Origin: a virus
Taxonomy: Duplodnaviria > Heunggongvirae > Uroviricota > Caudoviricetes
DNA length: 64,000 nt
Virus record (IMG/VR): IMGVR_UViG_3300017989_000062
Location: 21,483 to 85,482 of that record
Direction: 5' to 3' (one strand)
Positions 8,782 to 18,488 of the stretch are shown here, piece by piece. Position numbers and translations under genes: made by a program. Below the pieces are notes generated by a model that did no database searches, was not told where the DNA came from, and saw only the letters and a list, made by a program, of their open reading frames with translations. The stretch's first letter is position 1, and every line of letters starts with the position of its first letter.

Positions 8782-9560
8782 TTGAACTTCCTTTCAAAGT
8801 CTTCTCTATACACTCGAAGATTTTCTGTTTTTCCCTTCGGTGTATTAGCACTCCAAATCTTGTCAGTTGGTCTCATATGTGGAGAGGAATATTCTTGTGG
8901 AATATCACCCCATCTTAATTTTTTCTTAAAATCACAATAGGCTAAATAGAAAGATGTCTGACCATATCCGATTGGTTTACTCTTGATATCAATAGCATCA
9001 ATATGTTGTATCCAACGGTGCATAAATTCAAAAACAGGTTGAGTAAGTCGAAAACCAATAACACTACCCAACACTTTTCTGTTGTCTTTTGAATCTAAAC
9101 GAAATCTAATACACACATCATGTTTTTTAATCATACTAAATAGATTAACCAATTCACAACGAATATACATATCAATATCAAGGTGTAACATATATTTTGC
9201 TTTTGGATATAATTGCATCACTTGATATATAGAATTTCTATAACGATCTTCAACTGAGATAAACTGTTTCCAAATTCTTGTTCCCTGATTCTTAATATGA
9301 TCAGTCTCAATTTCATGTTTAAATTTCAAAAGTTTTTTGATTGGAATTCCTGACTTTCGACACATTTCATGAAGATCTAATTTCTCATTAATAATATCCA
9401 AATTCTTATATAATGATTGTAGTTCTGAAATTTGATCCAATGATAAATCTCTGGTGGTTAAAACAAATTTAGTTTTCTCACCATGAAAGTGTTTAAATGT
9501 TTGTAGTAAAAATTTCCCCCACTCAAAAAAACCATCCGTCATATAAGAATGAATGAGCAT
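8778..9560 (-). CDS. putative GT-A glycosyltransferase / nucleotide-diphospho-sugar transferase
   Basis: DxD motif HLDID; start moved to ATG 9560 (GGAGG RBS, TAATG overlap). Confidence 0.6.
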   Translation of the reverse strand: MLIHSYMTDGFFEWGKFLLQTFKHFHGEKTKFVLTTRDLSLDQISELQSLYKNLDIINEKLDLHEMCRKSGIPIKKLLKFKHEIETDHIKNQGTRIWKQFISVEDRYRNSIYQVMQLYPKAKYMLHLDIDMYIRCELVNLFSMIKKHDVCIRFRLDSKDNRKVLGSVIGFRLTQPVFEFMHRWIQHIDAIDIKSKPIGYGQTSFYLAYCDFKKKLRWGDIPQEYSSPHMRPTDKIWSANTPKGKTENLRVYREDFERKFK

Positions 9561-10462
9561 TAGTCCTCCAGTAATTGTGGCTGGTAAATAGTGTCCCACT
9601 GATATTTGTTGTGTTTAGGAAGTGTTTTAATTTCAATTGTCTTTTGTGTTTGTAAGTCAATTACAGCCATTCTACATGAACTATTTTCTCCATATGCATA
9701 ACTAGCGAAAATGAATGCTTTGTCATCAACAATAACCATACCTCTCCACCATCCTGGTTTTCCAATATTGATTTTCTTGTCAATTTTTACAGGCCACTTT
9801 CTTTCCATTAATTCATAAAGGACATATATCTGATGTTCTCTAGTTCCTGATAAGTAAAAATCACCATCATAAAAATTTCCATCATGGCAATTATGATTTT
9901 CTAAAACAGTCTGACCTGTATTTAATTCAACAACTCGACCTGTTTTCTTTCCTCGAGTTTCATTTTCAAAGCATGTAGTAAACATATAACTACCCTCAAT
10001 TGCTAAACAATTAGGATGGGCAACATGAGGTCTTAGTTTATACTCTTTACTCCAATCATAGTTGAGGTCAATATCTCTTTTTGTCATACCTCGAATCCGA
10101 TCAAATACAAAGATATTGACAGATCCGTCAAGCTTGAGAGGATCGTTGATAATTTCGATGGCATCAAGACCAGTATTGACAATATAGAGCTGATGGTTAT
10201 CAACAACCAGATAATGTAAATCGTTAAAAGTACTCTTAGAAAGGGAGGCCTCATATTTCCATTTTTTCCAATTGAAATAATGTAAGTCCTGCCAATCCGT
10301 GGCGATCAAATAATCTTTATATAGAACACCACCTCTCCATCCAGACCTGCGCCATTTTTTATGATGTACATATTGCTCAATAATCTTATTTTCCAATGGA
10401 TCATAGAGAATAACTCCGCCCGCGTTTTGAATAATACTCTCAACTGGAATGATAAATTTCAT
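9560..10462 (-). CDS. putative beta-propeller protein of glycan loci
   Basis: Repeated beta-strand blades (NDLHYL...IVNTGLDAI, HPNCLA, HDGNF). Confidence 0.5.
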   Translation of the reverse strand: MKFIIPVESIIQNAGGVILYDPLENKIIEQYVHHKKWRRSGWRGGVLYKDYLIATDWQDLHYFNWKKWKYEASLSKSTFNDLHYLVVDNHQLYIVNTGLDAIEIINDPLKLDGSVNIFVFDRIRGMTKRDIDLNYDWSKEYKLRPHVAHPNCLAIEGSYMFTTCFENETRGKKTGRVVELNTGQTVLENHNCHDGNFYDGDFYLSGTREHQIYVLYELMERKWPVKIDKKINIGKPGWWRGMVIVDDKAFIFASYAYGENSSCRMAVIDLQTQKTIEIKTLPKHNKYQWDTIYQPQLLED

Positions 10463-11451
10463 ACAAATTCCTTTAAGAGATCAACGAATCTTTGCATATT
10501 CATTTCACGGCTTCCGAGACTCAAAATTTTATCTCTTGCAGCTAATCCTAATGTATTTCGAATCTCGTCCATTATAACTAACTCTTCTACACCGTTTATA
10601 AAAGATGTAAGATTATTTTCGGTAACGATACCAGTTTCGTTGTTAATAAGATAATCTTGCATTCCGCTCATTGGAGCATTAGTTCCAACCACACAGCACT
10701 CTGTTAACATCGCTTCAGCAGGAACAATGTGGAGACCCTCAAGTTTTGTTGGTGATAATAATATGCTCATTTGATTGTATAAATCATTTTTTCTTTTGAT
10801 ATCTGGTTCTTTAACAAATATATCAACAAGATCATTATTGGGAACCCCATCAGTACCAAACATAAATAACTTAACATATGGATAATTTTTCTTTATAAAT
10901 CTTGCAGTCTCAAAGATCCATTCAGTTCTTTTACCTGCTCTTTTAGAACCCTTATTAAAAATACCTCCAAGTACAACATTCTTTGAATCTCTAATATTTT
11001 CTGGATATAATTCATCGAAATCATAACCGGGTCTGATTATATGTGATGATATTCCATGTTGTTTTAGTTTTTCTTGTAAGCAAATAGAGTTTACAATTTT
11101 AATAAATCGACTATCAGAAAGTATTTTAACTATTTTCTCTTCTGGAGCGTTCCAAATTTCCCAACCCCTAACCCATACAAACTTCTTACCACAACGTTCT
11201 GGAAGATCGAGTGTCTGATTCCATGTATTATATCCAGTTGCTATAACAACATCACCGCTAGGAAAATGTCCAATTTTATGTATTTTTTTAAATCCTGCTT
11301 CCAACGGTGTCCATAGATGACGATTACCTATTGTATCCACTATTATAACGTCATGACCAAGTTGATGAAGAATATTAGCAGATCGAACCAGCGTAGCAGA
11401 TCCGCCATTATTACCCAATCCACAATTAATCGAGTTTAATAGAATCCTCAT
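10459..11451 (-). CDS. glycosyltransferase family 4-like
   Basis: GNNGGSATL, EGLHIVPAEAM...VVGT, NNETG. Confidence 0.88.
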   Translation of the reverse strand: MRILLNSINCGLGNNGGSATLVRSANILHQLGHDVIIVDTIGNRHLWTPLEAGFKKIHKIGHFPSGDVVIATGYNTWNQTLDLPERCGKKFVWVRGWEIWNAPEEKIVKILSDSRFIKIVNSICLQEKLKQHGISSHIIRPGYDFDELYPENIRDSKNVVLGGIFNKGSKRAGKRTEWIFETARFIKKNYPYVKLFMFGTDGVPNNDLVDIFVKEPDIKRKNDLYNQMSILLSPTKLEGLHIVPAEAMLTECCVVGTNAPMSGMQDYLINNETGIVTENNLTSFINGVEELVIMDEIRNTLGLAARDKILSLGSREMNMQRFVDLLKEFV

Positions 11452-11692
11452 GTATTTCCTCTTTCAAAGTAACGGGTTCAACGGGAATCAATTTTTTCAA
11501 TCTTTTTATTTCCTCTGCTTGATTAAAATTTTCTGAGTGGAGTTTTGTTATTTCTCGATATGCTCCTCTAAACAATGTTCCAATTTCACCAAGATCTAAT
11601 TCTCCACCATATGATCCTGCCATACGATATCTTTCAAGAACTACTAACAAATGTTCTACACGTCTACCAAATGTCTCTAGCCATACATTCAT
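11426..11692 (-). CDS. hypothetical protein
   Basis: Operon-coupled ORF. Confidence 0.6.
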   Translation of the reverse strand: MNVWLETFGRRVEHLLVVLERYRMAGSYGGELDLGEIGTLFRGAYREITKLHSENFNQAEEIKRLKKLIPVEPVTLKEEIHEDSIKLD

Positions 11693-11693
11693 T

Positions 11694-12593
11694 TTACTTT
11701 TCCTTTTTTTTAAGAGTTCGTTTCATTTCTCTAACAATAGTCTCTGGAGGTAAGTTATACTTTTTATCCAGTAAAAATTGAGTCGGTGTGTTCTTTACAT
11801 TATATTTAGTTGCATGGGCATGTTGTTCATGACCCCATTGCAATGTGGGTGTTCTTATTAAGTTCGAGAGGTTAGGAATACCGCTTTGACTTCCAACTGT
11901 TAAAATACTTCTTCTTAATGCCTCAATCGTTAAACCAACAAGAGAAGTATCTTCTTGAATTGGAATATCATTTATATCAAAAAATCTTTTCTGAGGATCT
12001 GAAATATATTCTGGTGCTCTGCCACATAAAATAAAGTTAAATTTTTGTAAATAAACATCTGTAGAAATTAGATCATATAACTGTAACCAATGAGGCCAAT
12101 TTCTCTTTTTACCTTGTTTTCTAAATCTTGGAGCTAATGTAACAAGAGGTTTATCTATTGGAATTATAGAATCAAAAACTTCTCTGTTTTTCAATCTAGG
12201 AGTGAAATTAAATCTCATTTGATGTATGTTATATTGTGCTTTCTCTGTGTATTGCCTCTTCATTATAGTAGGAAATATATGATCAACAATTTCATATTTA
12301 GAAGCATATTTTAGTTTTATTTTTTGTGCTAATTTTTGATAATGTAAGTCTGGAAATCCAGTAAGCTTAAAACAATCTGCCTGTAAATTTTTGAAATCCC
12401 CTTCTATAACCAACGGCTCTAAAATATCAGCTGAATTTCCATACAAATCAAATCTCTCAGGTCGAGTATACACAACTAACTTAACCCGATTTTTGTATTT
12501 GTTATGTTTCACCCATAAAATATGGGGAGCAAACCGTAACACCTCCCACCCAAATTCTCCAACCATTGGACCAGCAAGTATAATTTTTTCCAT
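11694..12593 (-). CDS. GT-B glycosyltransferase (GT9-like)
   Basis: GEFGWE, RNWPHW, LTVGSQSGIPNLSNLIRTPTL. Confidence 0.65.
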   Translation of the reverse strand: MEKIILAGPMVGEFGWEVLRFAPHILWVKHNKYKNRVKLVVYTRPERFDLYGNSADILEPLVIEGDFKNLQADCFKLTGFPDLHYQKLAQKIKLKYASKYEIVDHIFPTIMKRQYTEKAQYNIHQMRFNFTPRLKNREVFDSIIPIDKPLVTLAPRFRKQGKKRNWPHWLQLYDLISTDVYLQKFNFILCGRAPEYISDPQKRFFDINDIPIQEDTSLVGLTIEALRRSILTVGSQSGIPNLSNLIRTPTLQWGHEQHAHATKYNVKNTPTQFLLDKKYNLPPETIVREMKRTLKKKEK

Positions 12594-13415
12594 TTACATC
12601 CCCGTTAATTTCTTCATTCTTTTATAAAATTCAGTAAAACTCATTTTATCTATTTGTTTGTCTCGATCTTCATATTTAATTTTTTGCATTTTATTTTTAT
12701 CTTTACCATATCCAATAACATTACAAATTGAGCCAGCATAACTTCCTGAATCAACAACAAGCTTTGCATGTTTTAAAACCATAATATATTTCTTACCATG
12801 TTTATTAAGAAGTTTCCAGTAATTTTGATCGTGTTTTTTGTTTAACCCAACCAGAGGTTTAATTTCAAGATATCCAATATCTCTATAAAAATCTGGTTTG
12901 ACTGCCCAAAAACCACTGCCTCCCAATTGTCCAACACCAACGTCATAGCCAGCAATTTTCTCTTTGAGATGATCTATAAACTTTACCCCACCATGCGGAT
13001 GCCTTCCAATCACTTTAACATTACTCATTCCTTTTTCTTTAATCTCTTTCCATGCTTGAGAAATTATTTCATCCCAACCAGGCATTACTAACATATCATT
13101 ATCAAGAAAAAGTAAGAATTCATATTGATTTTTTTGAGGATCTTCTTCATGAAGTCTTCCGAACTGGTTTAATGCAACCGCCTTTGAAAAAGCATTAAAT
13201 GTAGACTCTTTTGTATTAAAGGTGACTTGAGTAACCATCCTATTTGCATATAAATTCCAGAAGTATTCAAAATGTTTTTGCTGATTATAATTTGTTAGAT
13301 TATCATATATGTATAAATGAAAATCTGTTGTTGTGTGTTCATATAAAGCTTCAATACATTTTTTTGTCACCGCCAGTCTATTGCGGACACAAATTGCGAT
13401 CTTAATCATATTCAA
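12594..13415 (-). CDS. glycosyltransferase family 2
   Basis: IAICVRNR...YIYDN, LLFLDNDM (DxD). Confidence 0.85.
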   Translation of the reverse strand: MNMIKIAICVRNRLAVTKKCIEALYEHTTTDFHLYIYDNLTNYNQQKHFEYFWNLYANRMVTQVTFNTKESTFNAFSKAVALNQFGRLHEEDPQKNQYEFLLFLDNDMLVMPGWDEIISQAWKEIKEKGMSNVKVIGRHPHGGVKFIDHLKEKIAGYDVGVGQLGGSGFWAVKPDFYRDIGYLEIKPLVGLNKKHDQNYWKLLNKHGKKYIMVLKHAKLVVDSGSYAGSICNVIGYGKDKNKMQKIKYEDRDKQIDKMSFTEFYKRMKKLTGM

Positions 13416-14278
13416 TATCCTTTACAAATAATTTTAGCTATTTGTCCTGTTGAACATTCATCTTTATGACCATATTTATAATGACATTTTTCACAGCATG
13501 CTATACCATAATCTGGATCAAGAACAAAAAATGGTTCTAATTTTTGCGGTCTTGAATGATGAACAATTGTTGCTTTACTACCACAGTATTCACATTTATA
13601 ATTAGCTTGTTTTAATACAACATGTCGAAATGTTTGAAATTCTGAAGATGTATAAGACAAACTTGTTTTGGGTTGTATTAATTGGTTGTCAGTTTTTCCA
13701 TATAAAACACACTCGTTTTTACATTCTTGAGAGCAATATAAATATAGACCATCTATATTATCTCGCTCAATTCTATAAATTCTAGTAAAAAATGATTCCC
13801 TGGTTGGAGTAAACCAACCTCCTTTTTCCTTAGAATTTTTACAATTATGATTTTTACAATGTGTTTGAATTTCTTTTTTATTATCAGGATTATATCTTAT
13901 TTCTTCAATTTTAGAAAATAATGGATATTTTTGTTGAATGTCTTCTATAGATAACGTTTTTGCTTGACTCCACTTAGCTCGCATTTCAGGTGTAAATTTT
14001 ATTTTATTTTTACTAACTTCTGAAAATTTTTTTAAAGTTTTTTCAGAATATATTCCTGTTTTTCCTTTGTTCCATGGAGTCTTTCCTTTTTTAGCTTGAC
14101 TCATTTTTTTAATTGTTTCTTTTGAATGTTTTTTTCCAAATAAAGGGTGATTTTCACCTGTACGTTTTTTTCTCATAGTTGGACATTGATTATGATGTTT
14201 GCTACAACACCAAGATTTATCTTTAAATTGGTGTTTTGCTTTTTTACCACAATATTTACAAACGGGTGTCAACTTCAT
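13412..14278 (-). mobile_element. free-standing NUMOD3-HNH homing endonuclease
   Basis: NUMOD3-like repeats (HSKETIKKMS, TPWNKGK), C-terminal CEYC...HH...CEKCH; paralog of 35289. Confidence 0.85.
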
Positions 14279-15521
14279 TTAACAATCCCCTTATTTTGTC
14301 TAAACATTCATCTACATTTATCAAATCATAACATATCGGATGTCCATGCTCAGAATATTTACAAGGATTTGCACCATGTGTAAAACACGGCGCACACTGT
14401 GCAGGACTTTGAATCCAATCTACATTTTTATATGTAGTTAATCTAACATTTCCTGTAAATGCTCCGTAGACACCAAAGGCAGGAATTCCCATACTCGTAG
14501 CTAAATGAATAAACGAACTATCAGGAGATATGGAACATTTCGCTAATGATGTAAGAGCAATTGAAAAATCAAGGGTGGGTGAGTGAGAAGCAAAACTAAA
14601 AACTTTGGGTTGTATTTCTTGAGGCAATGTAGCAATAAAGTCATCTAAATTTTTAACCATTGTTGGTGCATCTGTAATAACAATAGTGTGTCCTTCCTGA
14701 ACAAGAGGAATCAACAAATTTCTCCAAAACTGTGGTCTTGGAGTTCTTAGTGGTGATGATGCTCGTAATTGAACTATCATGAAGTCATCAATTTTATGAT
14801 CCTTTAACCAATATTTACAAGCTTCAACTTTATCTGGTTTCGGTTCTTGTTGTGGTATGAGAAGTTTGTTGGGTAAATCTAACCCCAACCACCTTGAAAA
14901 TAGATTGTATGCATTCTCTGTCTTCGCTTCTTCACAACGCTCAATCACACCTTCAAATACAGCATGATAATCTGCTTTTATTAATGCGCTGAATGAAAAC
15001 GGTAGAGTTAAAAGTTCATCAATACAGTCCCATGTTTCAACCATAGCATGATACTGAGGTCCACATGCGAAAATAATGTGACAGGTAGGATATTTTTCTT
15101 TGAGATAACGGAGGTTTGGTTGAATAAACATGAGGTCACCAATACCTCCTGTTCTAGTAACAAGAATAGTTTTATCCGTTAAATCATATCCAATATATGG
15201 ACGATATATGTTTGCAAATTTAACAGAACATGGTTTAAGAACTTTATGTTTTCTTATTGGATCAAACCATAATTGTTGATAAACACCAACATTCATAACA
15301 TATTTTTGCTTCTTTACAAGAAATTGTTTTTCAAAAAAGTTTTGTGTGAAAGAGGCATTTCTAACTGCCTCTGCTATTACAATGTTGGGTGGATCCGCGC
15401 GCAATTCATCTATATATTTAACATGTTTTAATTTTTTGTGTAAATTCCCAAACTGACGCATTACTAAACCAGGAATTGGCTTGCCTCTATACTGCGGTTT
15501 ATGATATTCAAAACCTTCCAT
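14256..15521 (-). CDS. glycosyltransferase family 9 (heptosyltransferase-like)
   Basis: RTGGIGDL, SISPDSSFIHLA...GVYG, CAPCF. Confidence 0.85.
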   Translation of the reverse strand: MEGFEYHKPQYRGKPIPGLVMRQFGNLHKKLKHVKYIDELRADPPNIVIAEAVRNASFTQNFFEKQFLVKKQKYVMNVGVYQQLWFDPIRKHKVLKPCSVKFANIYRPYIGYDLTDKTILVTRTGGIGDLMFIQPNLRYLKEKYPTCHIIFACGPQYHAMVETWDCIDELLTLPFSFSALIKADYHAVFEGVIERCEEAKTENAYNLFSRWLGLDLPNKLLIPQQEPKPDKVEACKYWLKDHKIDDFMIVQLRASSPLRTPRPQFWRNLLIPLVQEGHTIVITDAPTMVKNLDDFIATLPQEIQPKVFSFASHSPTLDFSIALTSLAKCSISPDSSFIHLATSMGIPAFGVYGAFTGNVRLTTYKNVDWIQSPAQCAPCFTHGANPCKYSEHGHPICYDLINVDECLDKIRGLLNEVDTRL

Positions 15522-15539
15522 TGTTCACAACCTTTCGGA

Positions 15540-15791
15540 CTATTTTTTATTTTTTTCAGCTGCCCAGCCTTTCTTTACCCCTGTAAAAAATTCTTTCTTT
15601 TCTTCATCATTCATTTGACCAATAGACTTTCCAGTAGCTTGTAATTTTGCTACAAAGAATTTTTGATAATCATTAAGCTCAAGAACAGTGTCTATCTTCC
15701 TATCTATAAAGTGGTTAAACTCTAACCAAAGTTTATATTCTCCGTCTGCAAAAGCATCGACTAAATCTTCAGCAACTTTTATTTTACTCAT
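15540..15791 (-). CDS. small hypothetical protein
   Basis: Start moved to ATG 15791 (GGAGG RBS): MSKIKVAED... Confidence 0.65.
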   Translation of the reverse strand: MSKIKVAEDLVDAFADGEYKLWLEFNHFIDRKIDTVLELNDYQKFFVAKLQATGKSIGQMNDEEKKEFFTGVKKGWAAEKNKK

Positions 15792-15804
15792 ATGAAACCC
15801 TCCA

Positions 15805-16353
15805 TCAACTAGTATTATGTTCTCTGATCTTCTCATCAGATAATTCTGAATCAGGATAATCAACGATTTTTTCGTTAGTATTTAATACTTTAACAATTGT
15901 TTTCTTTAATTCCGGTTGAACCATCAATTCAACCTCACCAATACTTGAGACCCATTGATAATTGTCATGTTCTTTACTTAGTTTGATAGTTTGTTTTTGA
16001 TTTTTCAAATGACATAGAAAATTATATTGAGTAGATTGTCTGGTTCCTCTATCAGCAAGATATGAAAATTTATCAATGAGTTTAATAGGTTCTACATCAA
16101 GACCAGTCTCTTCTTTTATCTCTCGTTTTAAACAAGGAATTAATTTCTCATTTGGACCATTATCACATTTTCCTCGTGGACATTCAAAATGTAATGGCCA
16201 ATGATCATCAGCAGCTCGTTGAATTAGAAGTAATAGAATTTCACCGTTTTCTCCTTGTTTCACAATTAATCCGCACGCGACGTTAATTCTTTTTTTGATT
16301 TTTGCCTCATCGGATATTGTCAATTCTTTAATGTATTTGTCTAGTATATTCAT
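15805..16353 (-). CDS. Nudix hydrolase
   Basis: Nudix box GKCDNGPNEKLIPCLKREIKEETGL. Confidence 0.9.
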   Translation of the reverse strand: MNILDKYIKELTISDEAKIKKRINVACGLIVKQGENGEILLLLIQRAADDHWPLHFECPRGKCDNGPNEKLIPCLKREIKEETGLDVEPIKLIDKFSYLADRGTRQSTQYNFLCHLKNQKQTIKLSKEHDNYQWVSSIGEVELMVQPELKKTIVKVLNTNEKIVDYPDSELSDEKIREHNTS

Positions 16354-16365
16354 AATTTTAATCCT

Positions 16366-17841
16366 TTATGCAATTTGTTTGATCGTATAGAATTCAACAA
16401 AATCACCTTCTTCTAAATCGAACACAACATGATGATCTTCAACAATTAAATCAAAATCATCCTCAGTTCGTTGTTCATAAACTTGATTTCCTCTATATAC
16501 GTACATTCCTTTTGGGTCTTTATAAAATCTATTATCGTTTGTTCGTGAATAACTTGGTTGCATATCTTTAACATACGGACCAGTTTGTGATACAATAAAC
16601 GAACCATCGACATCTTTCTTAAATCTTGTTGTTGGAACCTTTTTGGAAACATATAGTCCGTTTGGTTGTTTTTCTTTTATCGTTGTATATAATCTGTCAA
16701 TATATGTTGATTTGTCATCACCTGTAAAAATAACCAATGTATTACCATTATTATAAAATTGATAGTGATCCCCATAAGACATAGTCCCATATTTTGTCAC
16801 AACGACAAAGTTATCTAACTCACTTGTTGTGTCAACTGTAAAAGGTAATTCAATATGTATATCAGATGTAGAGTCAGCTTCTAAAGTTGTTATTCGATGA
16901 AAGAATCTATTGTTTACTTCATACTCTTTTGAATCTGCTGATACTATATGTCTTTTCTCCCCGATGTCTTGCGCAAATTCTTCATAAGCTGAATATGATG
17001 AACCATATTTCAGATTCATAATTGGAGGTGGTGCATTAAGAGGGCGTAAGGCATCAGCTCTAAATGTCATAAATGAGGGAAACTCAACTTCATATTCAAG
17101 AGTCGCGTTGAGTTTCCATTCAGGTAATCTATCCGTTCCACCATATCTAGCTGAACCATCAGATAAGGACATAAGTTTGAAAATTGGTTTTATTCTACAT
17201 GGAAACACTCTTTCATTTTTAGCTGTTGTTTTAATTAATCTAGTTGATGCTCCATTGCTTTCCCAATCAATTTGATAATTCTCTCCTGTTACTTCATTTT
17301 GATATACATAGTTCCAGGCATCATCATCAAATATAATAAAACTATTAAACCATGTTGGATAAATATATCTTTCCATTCCTCCAAAAATCTGAAGCATTAG
17401 AACTCTCATATCACAATATTCATAAAATGACTGAAGTAACATAATGAGTTCTATGTCGCCCTTGTATCTTGCAAAACAAACATTTACTTCAACATTACCA
17501 TCATTAAAAATTGGTTCAAAAAGTAAATTTGCAAGACCTGGTGCTAAATTAGGAAATCTCCAAAGTTGTTTACCACCTGCAGAAGCATCCGCTGTATTGA
17601 ATTCTCCAGTTGGATTTAAAATAAGAGCAGGGACATTAGGCATATCTGCTTCACGTCCCTGCTTATTTTCTTTAGTAATATATTCTACAGCTTTTTCATA
17701 TGTGCCAACGACGGTCCAGTCGAATCTTGGATACAAATAATCAGCAAAATAATCCAGAACATCTTTGAAAAAATTTCCAAATACATTATGAATAAAGTGA
17801 TAGTGATAACGATGTTCTGTCTTGTTAGCGTCAGAAGACAT
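16366..17841 (-). CDS. hypothetical protein, possibly a tail-completion/neck structural protein
   Basis: 491-aa ORF; only weak resemblance to a tail-terminator fold. Confidence 0.45.
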   Translation of the reverse strand: MSSDANKTEHRYHYHFIHNVFGNFFKDVLDYFADYLYPRFDWTVVGTYEKAVEYITKENKQGREADMPNVPALILNPTGEFNTADASAGGKQLWRFPNLAPGLANLLFEPIFNDGNVEVNVCFARYKGDIELIMLLQSFYEYCDMRVLMLQIFGGMERYIYPTWFNSFIIFDDDAWNYVYQNEVTGENYQIDWESNGASTRLIKTTAKNERVFPCRIKPIFKLMSLSDGSARYGGTDRLPEWKLNATLEYEVEFPSFMTFRADALRPLNAPPPIMNLKYGSSYSAYEEFAQDIGEKRHIVSADSKEYEVNNRFFHRITTLEADSTSDIHIELPFTVDTTSELDNFVVVTKYGTMSYGDHYQFYNNGNTLVIFTGDDKSTYIDRLYTTIKEKQPNGLYVSKKVPTTRFKKDVDGSFIVSQTGPYVKDMQPSYSRTNDNRFYKDPKGMYVYRGNQVYEQRTEDDFDLIVEDHHVVFDLEEGDFVEFYTIKQIA

Positions 17842-17843
17842 AT

Positions 17844-18473
17844 TTATTCCTCCGAGTCGCCATTTAACTTAATAACCTCTTTTTCTTCTGATGGAATTAT
17901 TGCTTTGGGTTCATGTAATCTTTTTGATTCTAACTTTTCTTTATAGAAGTCATCCAGTAAGGCGATTCCTGGTGTAGTTGCTATTTGCATAGCTGTAGTT
18001 CTAACAATCTTCTTTTGTAATTTCCTTACAATGTTTTGTCTTTCAGCAATCAAAAACAAAAACTCATTTGTATAAGCTGTTAGACACAAACCATATATTG
18101 TTAAAGTGTCGTAAAGAGTTCTATCATCCAGTTCAATTTTTGCTACACTAATTGTTTCATTTGAAACAATATTAACATCATGAAAATACTCCGGACGTAT
18201 TGTTTGAAATTGATTCAATATATCCAGGTTGTTACTACGATAATTATGTAACTCCAAAAACGTTTCTGAAAACCTTGAACTTTCAAGATTCTTAAACATC
18301 GTAATTTTTGGTGTTCGTTCAATTACTTTGTTTCTTGGAAAATCTGGATCAACTGAAAACAATAAAAAACTAGATCTTTTATTAAAAAATACTCCAATGT
18401 TGTAATAACCATCAAGAAATGGCACTCTCAACTGATAGCATCTATCTAGAGCTTTTCCTAGTGTCAAAGCCAT
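17844..18473 (-). CDS. hypothetical protein
   Basis: Operon-coupled ORF. Confidence 0.65.
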   Translation of the reverse strand: MALTLGKALDRCYQLRVPFLDGYYNIGVFFNKRSSFLLFSVDPDFPRNKVIERTPKITMFKNLESSRFSETFLELHNYRSNNLDILNQFQTIRPEYFHDVNIVSNETISVAKIELDDRTLYDTLTIYGLCLTAYTNEFLFLIAERQNIVRKLQKKIVRTTAMQIATTPGIALLDDFYKEKLESKRLHEPKAIIPSEEKEVIKLNGDSEE

Positions 18474-18488
18474 TAGTAATTCTCCTTT

